NCBI GenBank assembly: GCA_034659115.1
Contig: JAYEGN010000025.1
Location: forward strand, 1-56,067
Length of the DNA stretch: 56,067 nucleotides
From: Campylobacterota bacterium
Lineage (GTDB): Bacteria; Campylobacterota; Campylobacteria; Campylobacterales; Sulfurimonadaceae
Reading direction: 5' to 3'
Below the pieces are notes generated by a model, which was not told the DNA's origin, did no database searches, and worked only from the letters and a program-made list of their open reading frames with translations. Made by a program: the position numbers and the translations under genes. Within the stretch, counting starts at the first letter, position 1. Each line of letters begins with the position of its first letter. Shown piece after piece: positions 32,914 to 41,756 of this stretch.

Positions 32914-32919
32914 CATTAT

Positions 32920-33080
32920 CCCAAATAATTCCATAAGGATTTATAAAATTTATCTATGCTTGTGCTTAAGGGATGTTTAGTAAAAATTTTAAGCCACCTT
33001 ATTGGTGGTGTAAATTTTTAATGAACCTGCCTTGAGTGCAATGATAGTTTAAATTTTTTATTCTTATGGAATTATTTGGG
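32920..33080 (+). mobile_element. 161-bp MITE-like hairpin element, copy 1
   Basis: TIR CCCAAATAATTCCATAAG / CTTATGGAATTATTTGGG; ATTAT direct repeat on both sides; identical to the copies at 41517 and 50369. Confidence 0.92.
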
Positions 33081-33085
33081 ATTAT

Positions 33086-33102
33086 ATACAGGTTCCCTGT
33101 AT
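33086..33102 (+). terminator. Small terminator-like hairpin
   Basis: ATACAGG-ttc-CCTGTAT followed by T-rich sequence. Confidence 0.45.
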
Positions 33103-33154
33103 TTAACTTCTTTATTTTTCTAGTTTTTCAAAAAATCTATGATACAATAGGTCC

Positions 33155-34240
33155 ATGAATAATTCTAATTACACTATTTTGATTGTTGATGATGTGGATG
33201 AAAACCTAAAACTAGTAGTTCAGATATTGGGTGATATAGGTTACAAAACTCAAACTGCAAGTGATGGTTTAACAGCGTTAAGACTAGTCAGAGATAATAA
33301 ATATGACCTGATTTTACTAGATATAATGATGCCAATAATGGATGGGTTAAAGACATGTAGATATCTGAAAACTGATCCAGTAACAGCTTCTATTCCTGTT
33401 GTATTTTTTACAGCGAGTAATGATAAAAAAACATTAACTAAAGCATATAGTGTTGGTGGCGTTGATTATCTTAAAAAGCCTTTTTTTAAAGAGGAACTTT
33501 TAGCTAGAGTAAATCTACATATCAAGCTTAAAGATTATGAAAAAGAGCTTGAAAATAAAGTTGCCCAAAAAACAAAAGAGATTGCAGATACGCAGATTCA
33601 GCTTATGTATACGCTGGGTGGAATCGCAGAGGGGCATTCTGAAGAAACACAACTACATGTACAAAGAGTTGCAGAGTTTACTTATATATTGGCAACCCTT
33701 TATGGGATGGATGAAAAGGAGGCTATACTTCTTAAAAATGCATCTTCTTTGCACGATATAGGCAAGCTAGGTGTATCAGATAATATCCTGCATAAAAACA
33801 GTACTCTTAGCAAAGCTGAATTTAAGGAGATAAAAAAACATTCAATCATAGGTGTTGATATGTTAAGTCATTCTCAGTTACCACTTTTTAAAACCGCTTC
33901 TATTGTTTGTGCTCAGCATCATGAAAAGTATGATGGAACTGGGTACCCTTTAGGTTTAAAAGGTGAAAATATACATATATATGGAAGAATAGTAGCTATT
34001 GCTGATGTGTTTGATGCTCTATCTTTTAAGCGTTCCTATAAAGATAGTTGGACAAAGACAGAGGTATTAAACTATATGAAAGAGATGAGTGGAAAAAGTT
34101 TTGACCCTAAGCTTATGGAGCTATTTTTTGAAAATATTGAACAGTTTGTAGAGTTATCAGATTTGAAAGATGATAAGGGTAGAAGTATAAGTGATAAAAA
34201 AATGAAAAAGGTAGTTGACTGGCTCTTTAAATCTTTGTAA
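33155..34240 (+). CDS. Response regulator with HD-GYP phosphodiesterase domain (RpfG-like)
   Basis: REC domain (VDD, LDIMMP, KPF); LHDIGK; HHEKYDGTGYP; ADVFDAL. Confidence 0.93.
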   Translation: MNNSNYTILIVDDVDENLKLVVQILGDIGYKTQTASDGLTALRLVRDNKYDLILLDIMMPIMDGLKTCRYLKTDPVTASIPVVFFTASNDKKTLTKAYSVGGVDYLKKPFFKEELLARVNLHIKLKDYEKELENKVAQKTKEIADTQIQLMYTLGGIAEGHSEETQLHVQRVAEFTYILATLYGMDEKEAILLKNASSLHDIGKLGVSDNILHKNSTLSKAEFKEIKKHSIIGVDMLSHSQLPLFKTASIVCAQHHEKYDGTGYPLGLKGENIHIYGRIVAIADVFDALSFKRSYKDSWTKTEVLNYMKEMSGKSFDPKLMELFFENIEQFVELSDLKDDKGRSISDKKMKKVVDWLFKSL

Positions 34241-34244
34241 ATCC

Positions 34245-34757
34245 TTATAGATTAGCCCACCACATCCTAAGCCATAATCCGATGGTACTACTGTATCCAA
34301 CTTCACTAAAAACTAGCTCTTTATTTTTGTTATATATAAAAGTTGTAGGATATACCGCTATTTTAAACTCACTTGCGATGAAGCCACTTTCATCATTTAC
34401 TACTTTAAAATTAAGTTGATTATCTGTCATATATTTTTTTATCTCTTGAGTTTTTGATTTAACTGCAACTGTGATGACTTCATAGTTTTGAGAAATTGTT
34501 TGAATATTGGATGCTTCAATACTACATGTGGGACACCAAGTAGCCCAAAAGTGTAATAAGATAGGTTTTTGTGATGGGTACCTGTATCGCTCCCCATCCA
34601 ATAGAGTAAGATTAATCATATTTAATGGTTCTTTATTTAAATCAGTGCTTTTATAAAAGCTAATGATGTTTGTAATAATGGTAATAAATATAAAAAAGAG
34701 AACTATCTCTTTAAGATAGTATTTTAGTTTAGTTTTGATTTTTTCGCTTTTTGTCAT
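34245..34757 (-). CDS. TlpA-like thiol-disulfide oxidoreductase (redoxin)
   Basis: N-terminal TM; HFWATWCPTC; cis-Pro YPTT; start probably ATG 34757 rather than 34808. Confidence 0.85.
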   Translation of the reverse strand: MTKSEKIKTKLKYYLKEIVLFFIFITIITNIISFYKSTDLNKEPLNMINLTLLDGERYRYPSQKPILLHFWATWCPTCSIEASNIQTISQNYEVITVAVKSKTQEIKKYMTDNQLNFKVVNDESGFIASEFKIAVYPTTFIYNKNKELVFSEVGYSSTIGLWLRMWWANL

Positions 34758-34834
34758 GATGTTGTCACTTTTAACACTAATGTAATAGTTTCTTGGTAAT
34801 ATTAGCATAAGAATTTTAATAAGGAATCAAAATT

Positions 34835-35329
34835 ATGTTAAAAGTTTATATAGTATTGGTAATCACACTGCTAATGGTGGGATGTGGACCTGAAAAAAGT
34901 CCAAAAGTTAAGTCAAGTATGTTTCAATCAGTAAATCCACAGGAGGTTACACTGCTACAAAATACAAAAGATAAAAACTCTTGTCCTAGATGTGGTATGA
35001 ATCTCACTAGATATTATAAAACTTCACATGCAGCCATGCATAAAGATAAGCAATACCAATATTGTTCGATTCATTGTTTAGAAGATCATCTAGGTGAGGG
35101 TATTACACTTAAAAACCCGCAAGTTGTTGATGTAGATTCACTCAAATTTATGAGTGTATCAAAAGCACATTATGTGGTTGGAAGTAGTAAAAGAGGGACT
35201 ATGACAAGAGTTAGTAAATATGCTTTTTTAGATGAGGCTATGGCTAAAGAGTTTCAAGCTAAGTATGGTGGTCAATTGATGGATTTTAATGGGGCGTTAG
35301 AAAAAGCTAAAGAGGATTTCAAGCATTAG
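34835..35329 (+). CDS. NosL-family lipoprotein
   Basis: Lipobox MVGC; CPRCGM; YCSIHCL; AHYVVGS..GTM; AF..A.EF..KYGG. Confidence 0.85.
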   Translation: MLKVYIVLVITLLMVGCGPEKSPKVKSSMFQSVNPQEVTLLQNTKDKNSCPRCGMNLTRYYKTSHAAMHKDKQYQYCSIHCLEDHLGEGITLKNPQVVDVDSLKFMSVSKAHYVVGSSKRGTMTRVSKYAFLDEAMAKEFQAKYGGQLMDFNGALEKAKEDFKH

Positions 35330-35353
35330 TTTAGTGTTTTTTAATCTGTAACA

Positions 35354-35378
35354 AGACTCCGAATCAACTCCGGAGTCT
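35354..35378. terminator. Hairpin between convergent nosL-like and trpA genes
   Basis: AGACTCCG-aatcaactc-CGGAGTCT. Confidence 0.55.
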
Positions 35379-36114
35379 AATTAATCTCATTTTTTATAAT
35401 CTTAGCCAACTCACTACATTGTGCAATTTTTTGAGTATAGTCCGATGAATCTTTAAGGAGTATATCTATGAAAGCACTTCCTACTATAACTCCATCAGCA
35501 CCTATGATTTTATCTTTTGCAGTTTTTGCATTTACTCCAAATCCTACATAAACAGGAGTAGAAGAGTACTCTTTTATGGACGATAAAAATGGTTGCAAAT
35601 CTTCAGCTTGTCCTGAACCTGTTATACCTGTGTAAGCTACCATATAGATAAACTTTTGTGCATCCCTTACAACCTCTTTGATTCTTTGTGGAGTATCAGT
35701 TGGAGCCACAAAACTTATGTTTGCCATATTGTTTTTGCTAAAAAGGTCATCATAAGCTAGAGCTTCCTCATGGGGTAGATCTGGAACAATAAGTCCATTG
35801 ACACCTATTTTAGAAGCTTGTGGAATCAGTTTAGAGAGATTTTGTTGATAAAAACTATTGAAATATCCCATCCATAGAGTATCAACTTTGGGTGCTACTA
35901 TCTCAGAAATCTCTAAAAGATTTTTAAATTTAAAACCAAGTTCTAGTGCTTTGTGATTTGCTTTTTCTATGAGGGGACCATCTGCGACAGGATCTGAGAA
36001 CGGAACACCAAGTTCAAGTGTATCAACTCCATTTTCACCAAGGGTAAGAGCTAAATCCACAGTAAAAGATTTTTCTGGGTAAGCAGAGGTTATATATGCT
36101 ACAAGTTTTTTCAA
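35377..36114 (-). CDS. trpA: Tryptophan synthase alpha chain
   Basis: LELGVPFSDPVADGP, GITG, VGFGV, ADGVIVGSA. Confidence 0.97.
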   Translation of the reverse strand: MKKLVAYITSAYPEKSFTVDLALTLGENGVDTLELGVPFSDPVADGPLIEKANHKALELGFKFKNLLEISEIVAPKVDTLWMGYFNSFYQQNLSKLIPQASKIGVNGLIVPDLPHEEALAYDDLFSKNNMANISFVAPTDTPQRIKEVVRDAQKFIYMVAYTGITGSGQAEDLQPFLSSIKEYSSTPVYVGFGVNAKTAKDKIIGADGVIVGSAFIDILLKDSSDYTQKIAQCSELAKIIKNEIN

Positions 36115-36524
36115 TTATTATCCATTTTAGTTATATAGGGTGGTTTTAATAGTGAGTATTTAATAGGGCTTAAATCGTTATCAAGTTCTATATCATCTTG
36201 CCATTGAGAATACATGTCACTTATCTCTAACAACCATGTTACGACATCATCATTTTCTAGCCCATCCGCCAATCGCAAATCTTCTAAAATATCTTCCACA
36301 AACTCAGATAGCTTAGACATAGAGGTTATTTTTAGATAGCCAGATGCAGATTTTATATTATGAAAGACACGAAAAAGTTCATCAACTGCCATTTTGAATC
36401 TTTCAGGTTTTAAAAGATCTAAAATCATAATTTCCATTCTTTCATTCATCATAGAGTAGTGATCAAAAAACTCATCGACTATTTCAAAGTCAAAGTTATC
36501 ATTTAAGTCACCTTTTATGCCCAT
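36111..36524 (-). CDS. Stand-alone Hpt domain protein
   Basis: LFRVFHNIKSASGYL, CheA-P1-like His motif. Confidence 0.85.
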   Translation of the reverse strand: MGIKGDLNDNFDFEIVDEFFDHYSMMNERMEIMILDLLKPERFKMAVDELFRVFHNIKSASGYLKITSMSKLSEFVEDILEDLRLADGLENDDVVTWLLEISDMYSQWQDDIELDNDLSPIKYSLLKPPYITKMDNN

Positions 36525-36587
36525 TAAGTAAAGTCCTTATTTCTCCCATTTAATGTAATTGTAGCAGTTTTTAGTTAAAATACTTTT

Positions 36588-37379
36588 ATGAATAAAAAAA
36601 TGACTATAAATTCCATACAAAAGACCAAAGGTGTAAGACCTTTGGTTATGATAACCGCTTATGATGCATTGTTTGCAAAACTATTAGATGAGAGTACCGA
36701 TATGATTTTAGTTGGTGATAGTTTAAATATGAGTTTTGCAGGTAAAAAAGATACGCTTAGCGCAACTATGGATCAGATGATATATCATACAAATGCTGTT
36801 TGTCAAGGAGCTAAAAACAGTTTTATCATTTGTGACATGCCTTTTGGTACATATACAAATAAAGAAGATGCTTTAAAAAACTCTACAAGAGTTTTTCAGG
36901 AGAGTGATGCTGATTGTGTTAAAATAGAGGGTGGAGTTGATAAAGCTCAAACGGTTAAGTATCTTGTAGATAATGGAGTAGCAGTTTGTGGACATATTGG
37001 ATTACTGCCTCAAGCAGTTAGGGCTGAGGGTGGCTATAAGGTAAAAGGTAAAACTTCAAAAGAGCAGCTTTCACTCATAGAGGATGCAAGGGCTATAGAG
37101 GATGCAGGAGCATTTTGTATAGTTATTGAGGGTGTATTGTCTGAGGTAGCATGTGAGATAGCAAAATGTGTAGATATTCCTGTTATAGGCATAGGAGCTG
37201 GAGCAGGTGTGGATGGGCAGGTACTTGTTTTTTCAGATATGCTAGGTTTGTTTGAAGAGTTTACTCCTAAGTTTGTAAAAAAATATATGGATGGGGCAAC
37301 TTTAGTCAAAGAAGCTGTACAGAGTTATGCAAAAGATGTTAAAGCAAAAGAGTTTCCAAAAGAGGAGCATACATATTGA
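36588..37379 (+). CDS. panB: 3-methyl-2-oxobutanoate hydroxymethyltransferase
   Basis: MITAYD, LVGDS, DMPFG, VKIEGG, GHIGLLPQ, DGQVLV. Confidence 0.97.
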   Translation: MNKKMTINSIQKTKGVRPLVMITAYDALFAKLLDESTDMILVGDSLNMSFAGKKDTLSATMDQMIYHTNAVCQGAKNSFIICDMPFGTYTNKEDALKNSTRVFQESDADCVKIEGGVDKAQTVKYLVDNGVAVCGHIGLLPQAVRAEGGYKVKGKTSKEQLSLIEDARAIEDAGAFCIVIEGVLSEVACEIAKCVDIPVIGIGAGAGVDGQVLVFSDMLGLFEEFTPKFVKKYMDGATLVKEAVQSYAKDVKAKEFPKEEHTY

Positions 37380-37391
37380 TGAGCAAAACTA

Positions 37392-38405
37392 ATGGATAGA
37401 GTAGTAGAGATAGAAACTTTTGATGCGCAAGAAGAGAGTGCTGAGCTAACTCTTCGTCCTGATGCATGGAGTGAATACATAGGTCAAGAACAGATTAAAA
37501 AAAACCTTAGTGTTTTTATAGAGGCGAGTAAAATTAGATCTGAAGCTCTTGATCATGTTCTTTTTTATGGACCTCCTGGACTGGGTAAAACTACTTTAGC
37601 GCTTATTATTGCCAATGAGATGAATGCAAATATAAAAGTTACAGCAGCACCAATGATAGAAAAAAGTGGTGATTTAGCAGCTATATTAACAAACCTAGAA
37701 GAGGGTGATATACTTTTTATAGATGAAATTCATCGTCTTTCTCCTGCAGTTGAAGAGATACTTTACTCCTCTATGGAAGATTTTCGTATCGATATTATTA
37801 TTGGCAGTGGACCTGCTGCTCAAACGGTTAAGATTGATCTTCCTCGTTTTACACTCATAGGTGCCACCACTAGAGCAGGAATGCTTTCAAATCCACTTAG
37901 AGATAGATTTGGTATGAGCTTTAGAATGCAGTTTTACAGTTCTGTTGAATTGGCAAAAATAATCTCTCAGGCTTCAAACAAGCTTGACAAAGAGATAATT
38001 TTAGAAGCCTCTATGGAGATAGCAAAAAGGAGTCGTGGAACTCCTAGAATAGCTCTTCGTCTTCTTCGTAGAGTGAGAGATTTTGCTGAGGTTGCTGAGG
38101 AGTTTAGCATAGGTCATTTTCGTACACAGTATGCCTTAGATGAGTTAGGTATAAATTCTTACGGTTTTGATGAGATGGACTTAAGACTTTTAAACCTTTT
38201 AGTTCAAGCTAAAGGAAGAGCTATGGGGCTTAGTACAATAGCAGCATCTTTGAGCGAGGATGAGGGAACAGTAGAGGATGTGCTAGAGCCATATCTGCTT
38301 GCCAATGGTTACTTAGAGAGAACAGCAAAGGGAAGAAAAGCAACTAGAGCTACCTATGATGTTTTAAATATGAACTATCTAAATGAAGATGGGACACTGT
38401 TCTGA
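37392..38405 (+). CDS. ruvB: Holliday junction branch migration helicase
   Basis: [37 protein letters not shown]. Confidence 0.98.
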   Translation: MDRVVEIETFDAQEESAELTLRPDAWSEYIGQEQIKKNLSVFIEASKIRSEALDHVLFYGPPGLGKTTLALIIANEMNANIKVTAAPMIEKSGDLAAILTNLEEGDILFIDEIHRLSPAVEEILYSSMEDFRIDIIIGSGPAAQTVKIDLPRFTLIGATTRAGMLSNPLRDRFGMSFRMQFYSSVELAKIISQASNKLDKEIILEASMEIAKRSRGTPRIALRLLRRVRDFAEVAEEFSIGHFRTQYALDELGINSYGFDEMDLRLLNLLVQAKGRAMGLSTIAASLSEDEGTVEDVLEPYLLANGYLERTAKGRKATRATYDVLNMNYLNEDGTLF

Positions 38406-39451
38406 TGAAACCACAGTATTTTGTAGCGATACTATTTGCGACCTCTTTATATTGGATGTATCTGCTATATGCTCCATTTATTTTAAGTATCACTATCGCT
38501 GCTCTTTTGGCGGTGTCAACTTCCAATATTCAAGCTATGCTAGAAGGTTTTTTTAAATCAAGAATGGTTGCAGCCTTAATATCGAGCTTTTTACTAGCAA
38601 CTTTGTTTTTTGCTCCACTTGGATATTTTTTGGCAACACTCACTATGTATCTAAATGCTCTTGAACCTGAAACTTATTATAAGTTAGAGTCTTATATGAG
38701 AGAGTGGATAGTTAATCCACCAGGTTATTTGCTTTTTTTAAAGCCTTATGCACTTGATGCTGCACAGGATTTAAATATTAATAGTTTTACAACTAAACTG
38801 CTCTCTATTACGGCAAAAGTAGGAGCATTTAGTGCTGGATTTTTGAAAAATGCTTTATTGATTATAGTGTTTTACTTTTTTGCTCAATACAATGGAGCAC
38901 TTATTATAGAGTTCCTTAAAAGAGTTGTGCAGATGTCTATTGATGAAACAACTCTATTGGCAAAAGAGCTATCTTCTGTGATGAGTGTTGTGTTTTACTC
39001 GATTATTGTGACTGCAACATTTGAGGGCTTACTGTTTGGTATCGCTGTTTCTTTTATGGGGTACAATGGACTTCTGTTTGGTATTATGTATGGTTTTGCT
39101 TCTTTAGTACCTGTTGTTGGTGGTATACTTATGTGGCTCCCATTTATGATATATGAATTTGCCATAGGAGAGAGTGGCAATGCTATATTTATAGCCGTTT
39201 ATTCTATTGTTGTTATCTCAATAATTGCAGATACCTTTATAAAGCCTTTGATAATTAAAGAGATAAATAGTAGACTTTTAAAAGAGGATGATGCAAGGAT
39301 GAATGAGCTTCTCATCTTTTTTGCCATCATAGCAGGACTTGCAACCTTTGGTTTTTGGGGAATGATTTTAGGACCAGCAATCACCGCTTTTTTTCTAACT
39401 ATTTTAAAACTATTTGAGGCTAGGACTAAGGAGTGTGATAGTTTTGTTTAG
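38405..39451 (+). CDS. AI-2E family transporter
   Basis: Multi-TM; ASLVPVVGG; DTFIKP; FGFWGMILGP. Confidence 0.88.
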   Translation: MKPQYFVAILFATSLYWMYLLYAPFILSITIAALLAVSTSNIQAMLEGFFKSRMVAALISSFLLATLFFAPLGYFLATLTMYLNALEPETYYKLESYMREWIVNPPGYLLFLKPYALDAAQDLNINSFTTKLLSITAKVGAFSAGFLKNALLIIVFYFFAQYNGALIIEFLKRVVQMSIDETTLLAKELSSVMSVVFYSIIVTATFEGLLFGIAVSFMGYNGLLFGIMYGFASLVPVVGGILMWLPFMIYEFAIGESGNAIFIAVYSIVVISIIADTFIKPLIIKEINSRLLKEDDARMNELLIFFAIIAGLATFGFWGMILGPAITAFFLTILKLFEARTKECDSFV

Positions 39452-39461
39452 ATTATCGTTT

Positions 39462-39529
39462 TCTAACGGCAGTTGTGAGCAATAATTTTCCCGCTAGGGT
39501 AAATTATTGGTCTCCTCCTGCTTGTTAGA
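39462..39529. other. Long bulged hairpin between convergent genes
   Basis: Nested stems TCTAAC/GTTAGA, GCAG/CTGC, GAG/CTC, AATAATTT/AAATTATT and CCC-gcta-GGG. Confidence 0.55.
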
Positions 39530-39532
39530 CTT

Positions 39533-40417
39533 TTATTTTTGATAAATCTCTGGATGGTCATTTTTCCATCTGCGGTGTAACCAAAACCAAAATTTTGGTT
39601 CATCTGTTATGAGTTTTGTTAGCCAGTCGGCTTGAAGTTGTGTGGCTTGAACTATATCTGCTTGGATATCATCACTCTTTTGGACAGGAATCTCATCAAA
39701 GAGCATTAGAGTATAGTTTTCATCATCATCTGTTCTGATTGTTACAGGTATGATAGCAGCATTAAATTTTCTTGCTAGATATGCTGGTGTTGAGGTTTGG
39801 CGGATACTTTTGCCCATAAACTCTACCATTAGACCTTCGTTTTGGTTGATATTGGTGTCTATGAGAAGACCACATGCGAGACCTTTTTTGAGATTTCTCA
39901 CCAAAGGTTTTACTACGCTTGTTTTTTCCATAGAGATATTTCCAAAAGAGTCTCTTGCTTCTAAAAGCCACTCTTCATAAGCTCTATTTTTCATCTTCTT
40001 ATATACGGCGATAAGTGGTTCTATGAAAGCACCTATGCTTGCTCCTCCTAGCTCCCATGAGGAGTAGTGTGAAGTTACATAGATAACGGCTCGACCCTCT
40101 TTATGAACTCTTTGTACAGCTTCAATATTTTGAATAGTTATACTCTTTTGTAAATCTGCTTTGCTCATATGACGGAGTTCCATAGCATGGAGAAAATTGT
40201 AAGCCAAGTTTTTAAAGCTATATTTGGTTATATCTTTTATCTCTTGATCCGATTTTTTATCATCAAAGGCAAATTTTATATTTTGATATGACACAGTTCT
40301 GTATCTTGATGACATGTGGTAGGCGATAGTAGCAAGTAGCGAAAAAAAACTCTTTCTTAGGCTGTGAGGCAGTATCATTAAAACTTTCTCAAATAGTAAA
40401 AATAGTTTAAATCCCAT
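39533..40417 (-). CDS. Lipid A biosynthesis acyltransferase (LpxL/HtrB family)
   Basis: HYSSWE; FWFWLHRRWK; downstream of waaC. Confidence 0.9.
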   Translation of the reverse strand: MGFKLFLLFEKVLMILPHSLRKSFFSLLATIAYHMSSRYRTVSYQNIKFAFDDKKSDQEIKDITKYSFKNLAYNFLHAMELRHMSKADLQKSITIQNIEAVQRVHKEGRAVIYVTSHYSSWELGGASIGAFIEPLIAVYKKMKNRAYEEWLLEARDSFGNISMEKTSVVKPLVRNLKKGLACGLLIDTNINQNEGLMVEFMGKSIRQTSTPAYLARKFNAAIIPVTIRTDDDENYTLMLFDEIPVQKSDDIQADIVQATQLQADWLTKLITDEPKFWFWLHRRWKNDHPEIYQK

Positions 40418-41411
40418 CTTTTAACAACTCCATCGCTTTATCTGTAATCTGTGATATTTTTATTTTATTTATTGAAAAATCATTTTTATCTATATTGTAA
40501 ATATCTACTTTAGAAGGTGATTTTATGCCTATATTTATAGGTGTTTCATAAATCATTCTTTTAGTAGTTGGACCAAACATAGTTATTGAAGGAATATTTT
40601 GTGCCCATGCCATATGAGTTGGTCCGGTGTCATTTCCTATAAGCAGATTGACATTTGATATAAGGGATAAAAGCTCCGTTAATGAAAGTTTTGGAGCAAG
40701 TGAAGCATAGTTTGAGCGTTTGCAGATCCACTCCGCCTCCTCTTTTTCTTTTTCATCACCCCAGATGATGATACAATTTTCTTTTAGTTTATCGCACAAT
40801 TTGGCAAAGCTCTCTTTTGGGTACTTTTTTGATTCCCAAGAAGCACCGATAACAATAGCTATATTTGTTTTTGTTTTATCTATATATTTTGACTCTGCGG
40901 ATTTAAAGATAGGCTTTTTGTTTAAAATCATATCATCCGTTATCTCAAATCCTAGTCCACTAGAACTTACAAAACAGTTTCTTTTTACAACATTTTTATC
41001 ATATGAGATTTGTGAAGTTGTTTTGTAAAAAAAAGCAGAGATAGATTCTCTTGATGAGTATTTATCAAAGCCGTGAGTATTTTTACTGATAATCCTTGCA
41101 ACAATTGCAGATTTTAATAAGCCCTGTATATCTATGACTATATCAAAGTGACCTAATGAACGAAGATAGAGAATATTTTTTTTTAAAAGTTTAAAGTTTT
41201 TTTCTTTTTTTATCTGTTTAAGATTGATAGCATGTACGCTATCAATCAAAGGATGATTTTGAAGTAGCGGAGCAAAAACTTCTTCAGTGATCCATTCTAT
41301 CTTTGCATCTGGATATTTGTCATATATAAATTGCAGTATTACTGCACTATTGACAATATCACCAAGTGCAGATAATCTTACAATCGCTATGCGGTTTATA
41401 TCTTTTTTCAT
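40407..41411 (-). CDS. waaC: Lipopolysaccharide heptosyltransferase I
   Basis: VRLSALGDIV, DIQGLLKSA, GNDTGPTHMA; probable start ATG 41411. Confidence 0.9.
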   Translation of the reverse strand: MKKDINRIAIVRLSALGDIVNSAVILQFIYDKYPDAKIEWITEEVFAPLLQNHPLIDSVHAINLKQIKKEKNFKLLKKNILYLRSLGHFDIVIDIQGLLKSAIVARIISKNTHGFDKYSSRESISAFFYKTTSQISYDKNVVKRNCFVSSSGLGFEITDDMILNKKPIFKSAESKYIDKTKTNIAIVIGASWESKKYPKESFAKLCDKLKENCIIIWGDEKEKEEAEWICKRSNYASLAPKLSLTELLSLISNVNLLIGNDTGPTHMAWAQNIPSITMFGPTTKRMIYETPINIGIKSPSKVDIYNIDKNDFSINKIKISQITDKAMELLKDGI

Positions 41412-41507
41412 TAGTAGCATTATATAACAAAGCTTGTTTGTTTTTTAGCATTAATAGGAGATATATCATAAAATATAATTTTAATAATCTTTTCGTTATT
41501 AAGCCTT

Positions 41508-41516
41508 TGGTATAAT
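41508..41516 (+). promoter_or_regulatory. Extended -10 box abutting MITE copy 2
   Basis: TG-G-TATAAT, preceded by a TTAAG stretch typical of Campylobacterota promoters. Confidence 0.55.
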
Positions 41517-41677
41517 CCCAAATAATTCCATAAGAATAAAAAATTTAAACTATCATTGCACTCAAGGCAGGTTCATTAAAAATTTACACCACCAATAAGG
41601 TGGCTTAAAATTTTTACTAAACATCCCTTAAGCACAAGCATAGATAAATTTTATAAATCCTTATGGAATTATTTGGG
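41517..41677 (-). mobile_element. 161-bp MITE-like hairpin element, copy 2 (inverted)
   Basis: Exact reverse complement of 32920-33080; ATAAT direct repeats at 41512-41516 and 41678-41682. Confidence 0.92.
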
Positions 41678-41756
41678 ATAATCTCATAGATTAAATTGAA
41701 CCCAAGTTATGCAGTAGAAGTTTTATCGTATAATTTGAGTCAAAAGGCATAAAAAG

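Noticed and set aside
13018-36114. Orphan ABC permease and orphan trpA as signs of gene loss
   Set aside because: Scattered pathway genes are normal in Campylobacterota; the partners are probably elsewhere in the genome.
39462-39529. Hairpin as SRP (ffs) RNA
   Set aside because: It lacks the conserved CAGG..GRAA..AGCA domain IV motif on either strand.
24330-41185. A/T homopolymer runs of about 9 nt in comF and waaC as phase-variation tracts
   Set aside because: Both ORFs are intact, such runs are expected in AT-rich DNA, and Campylobacterota contingency loci are mostly poly-G/C.
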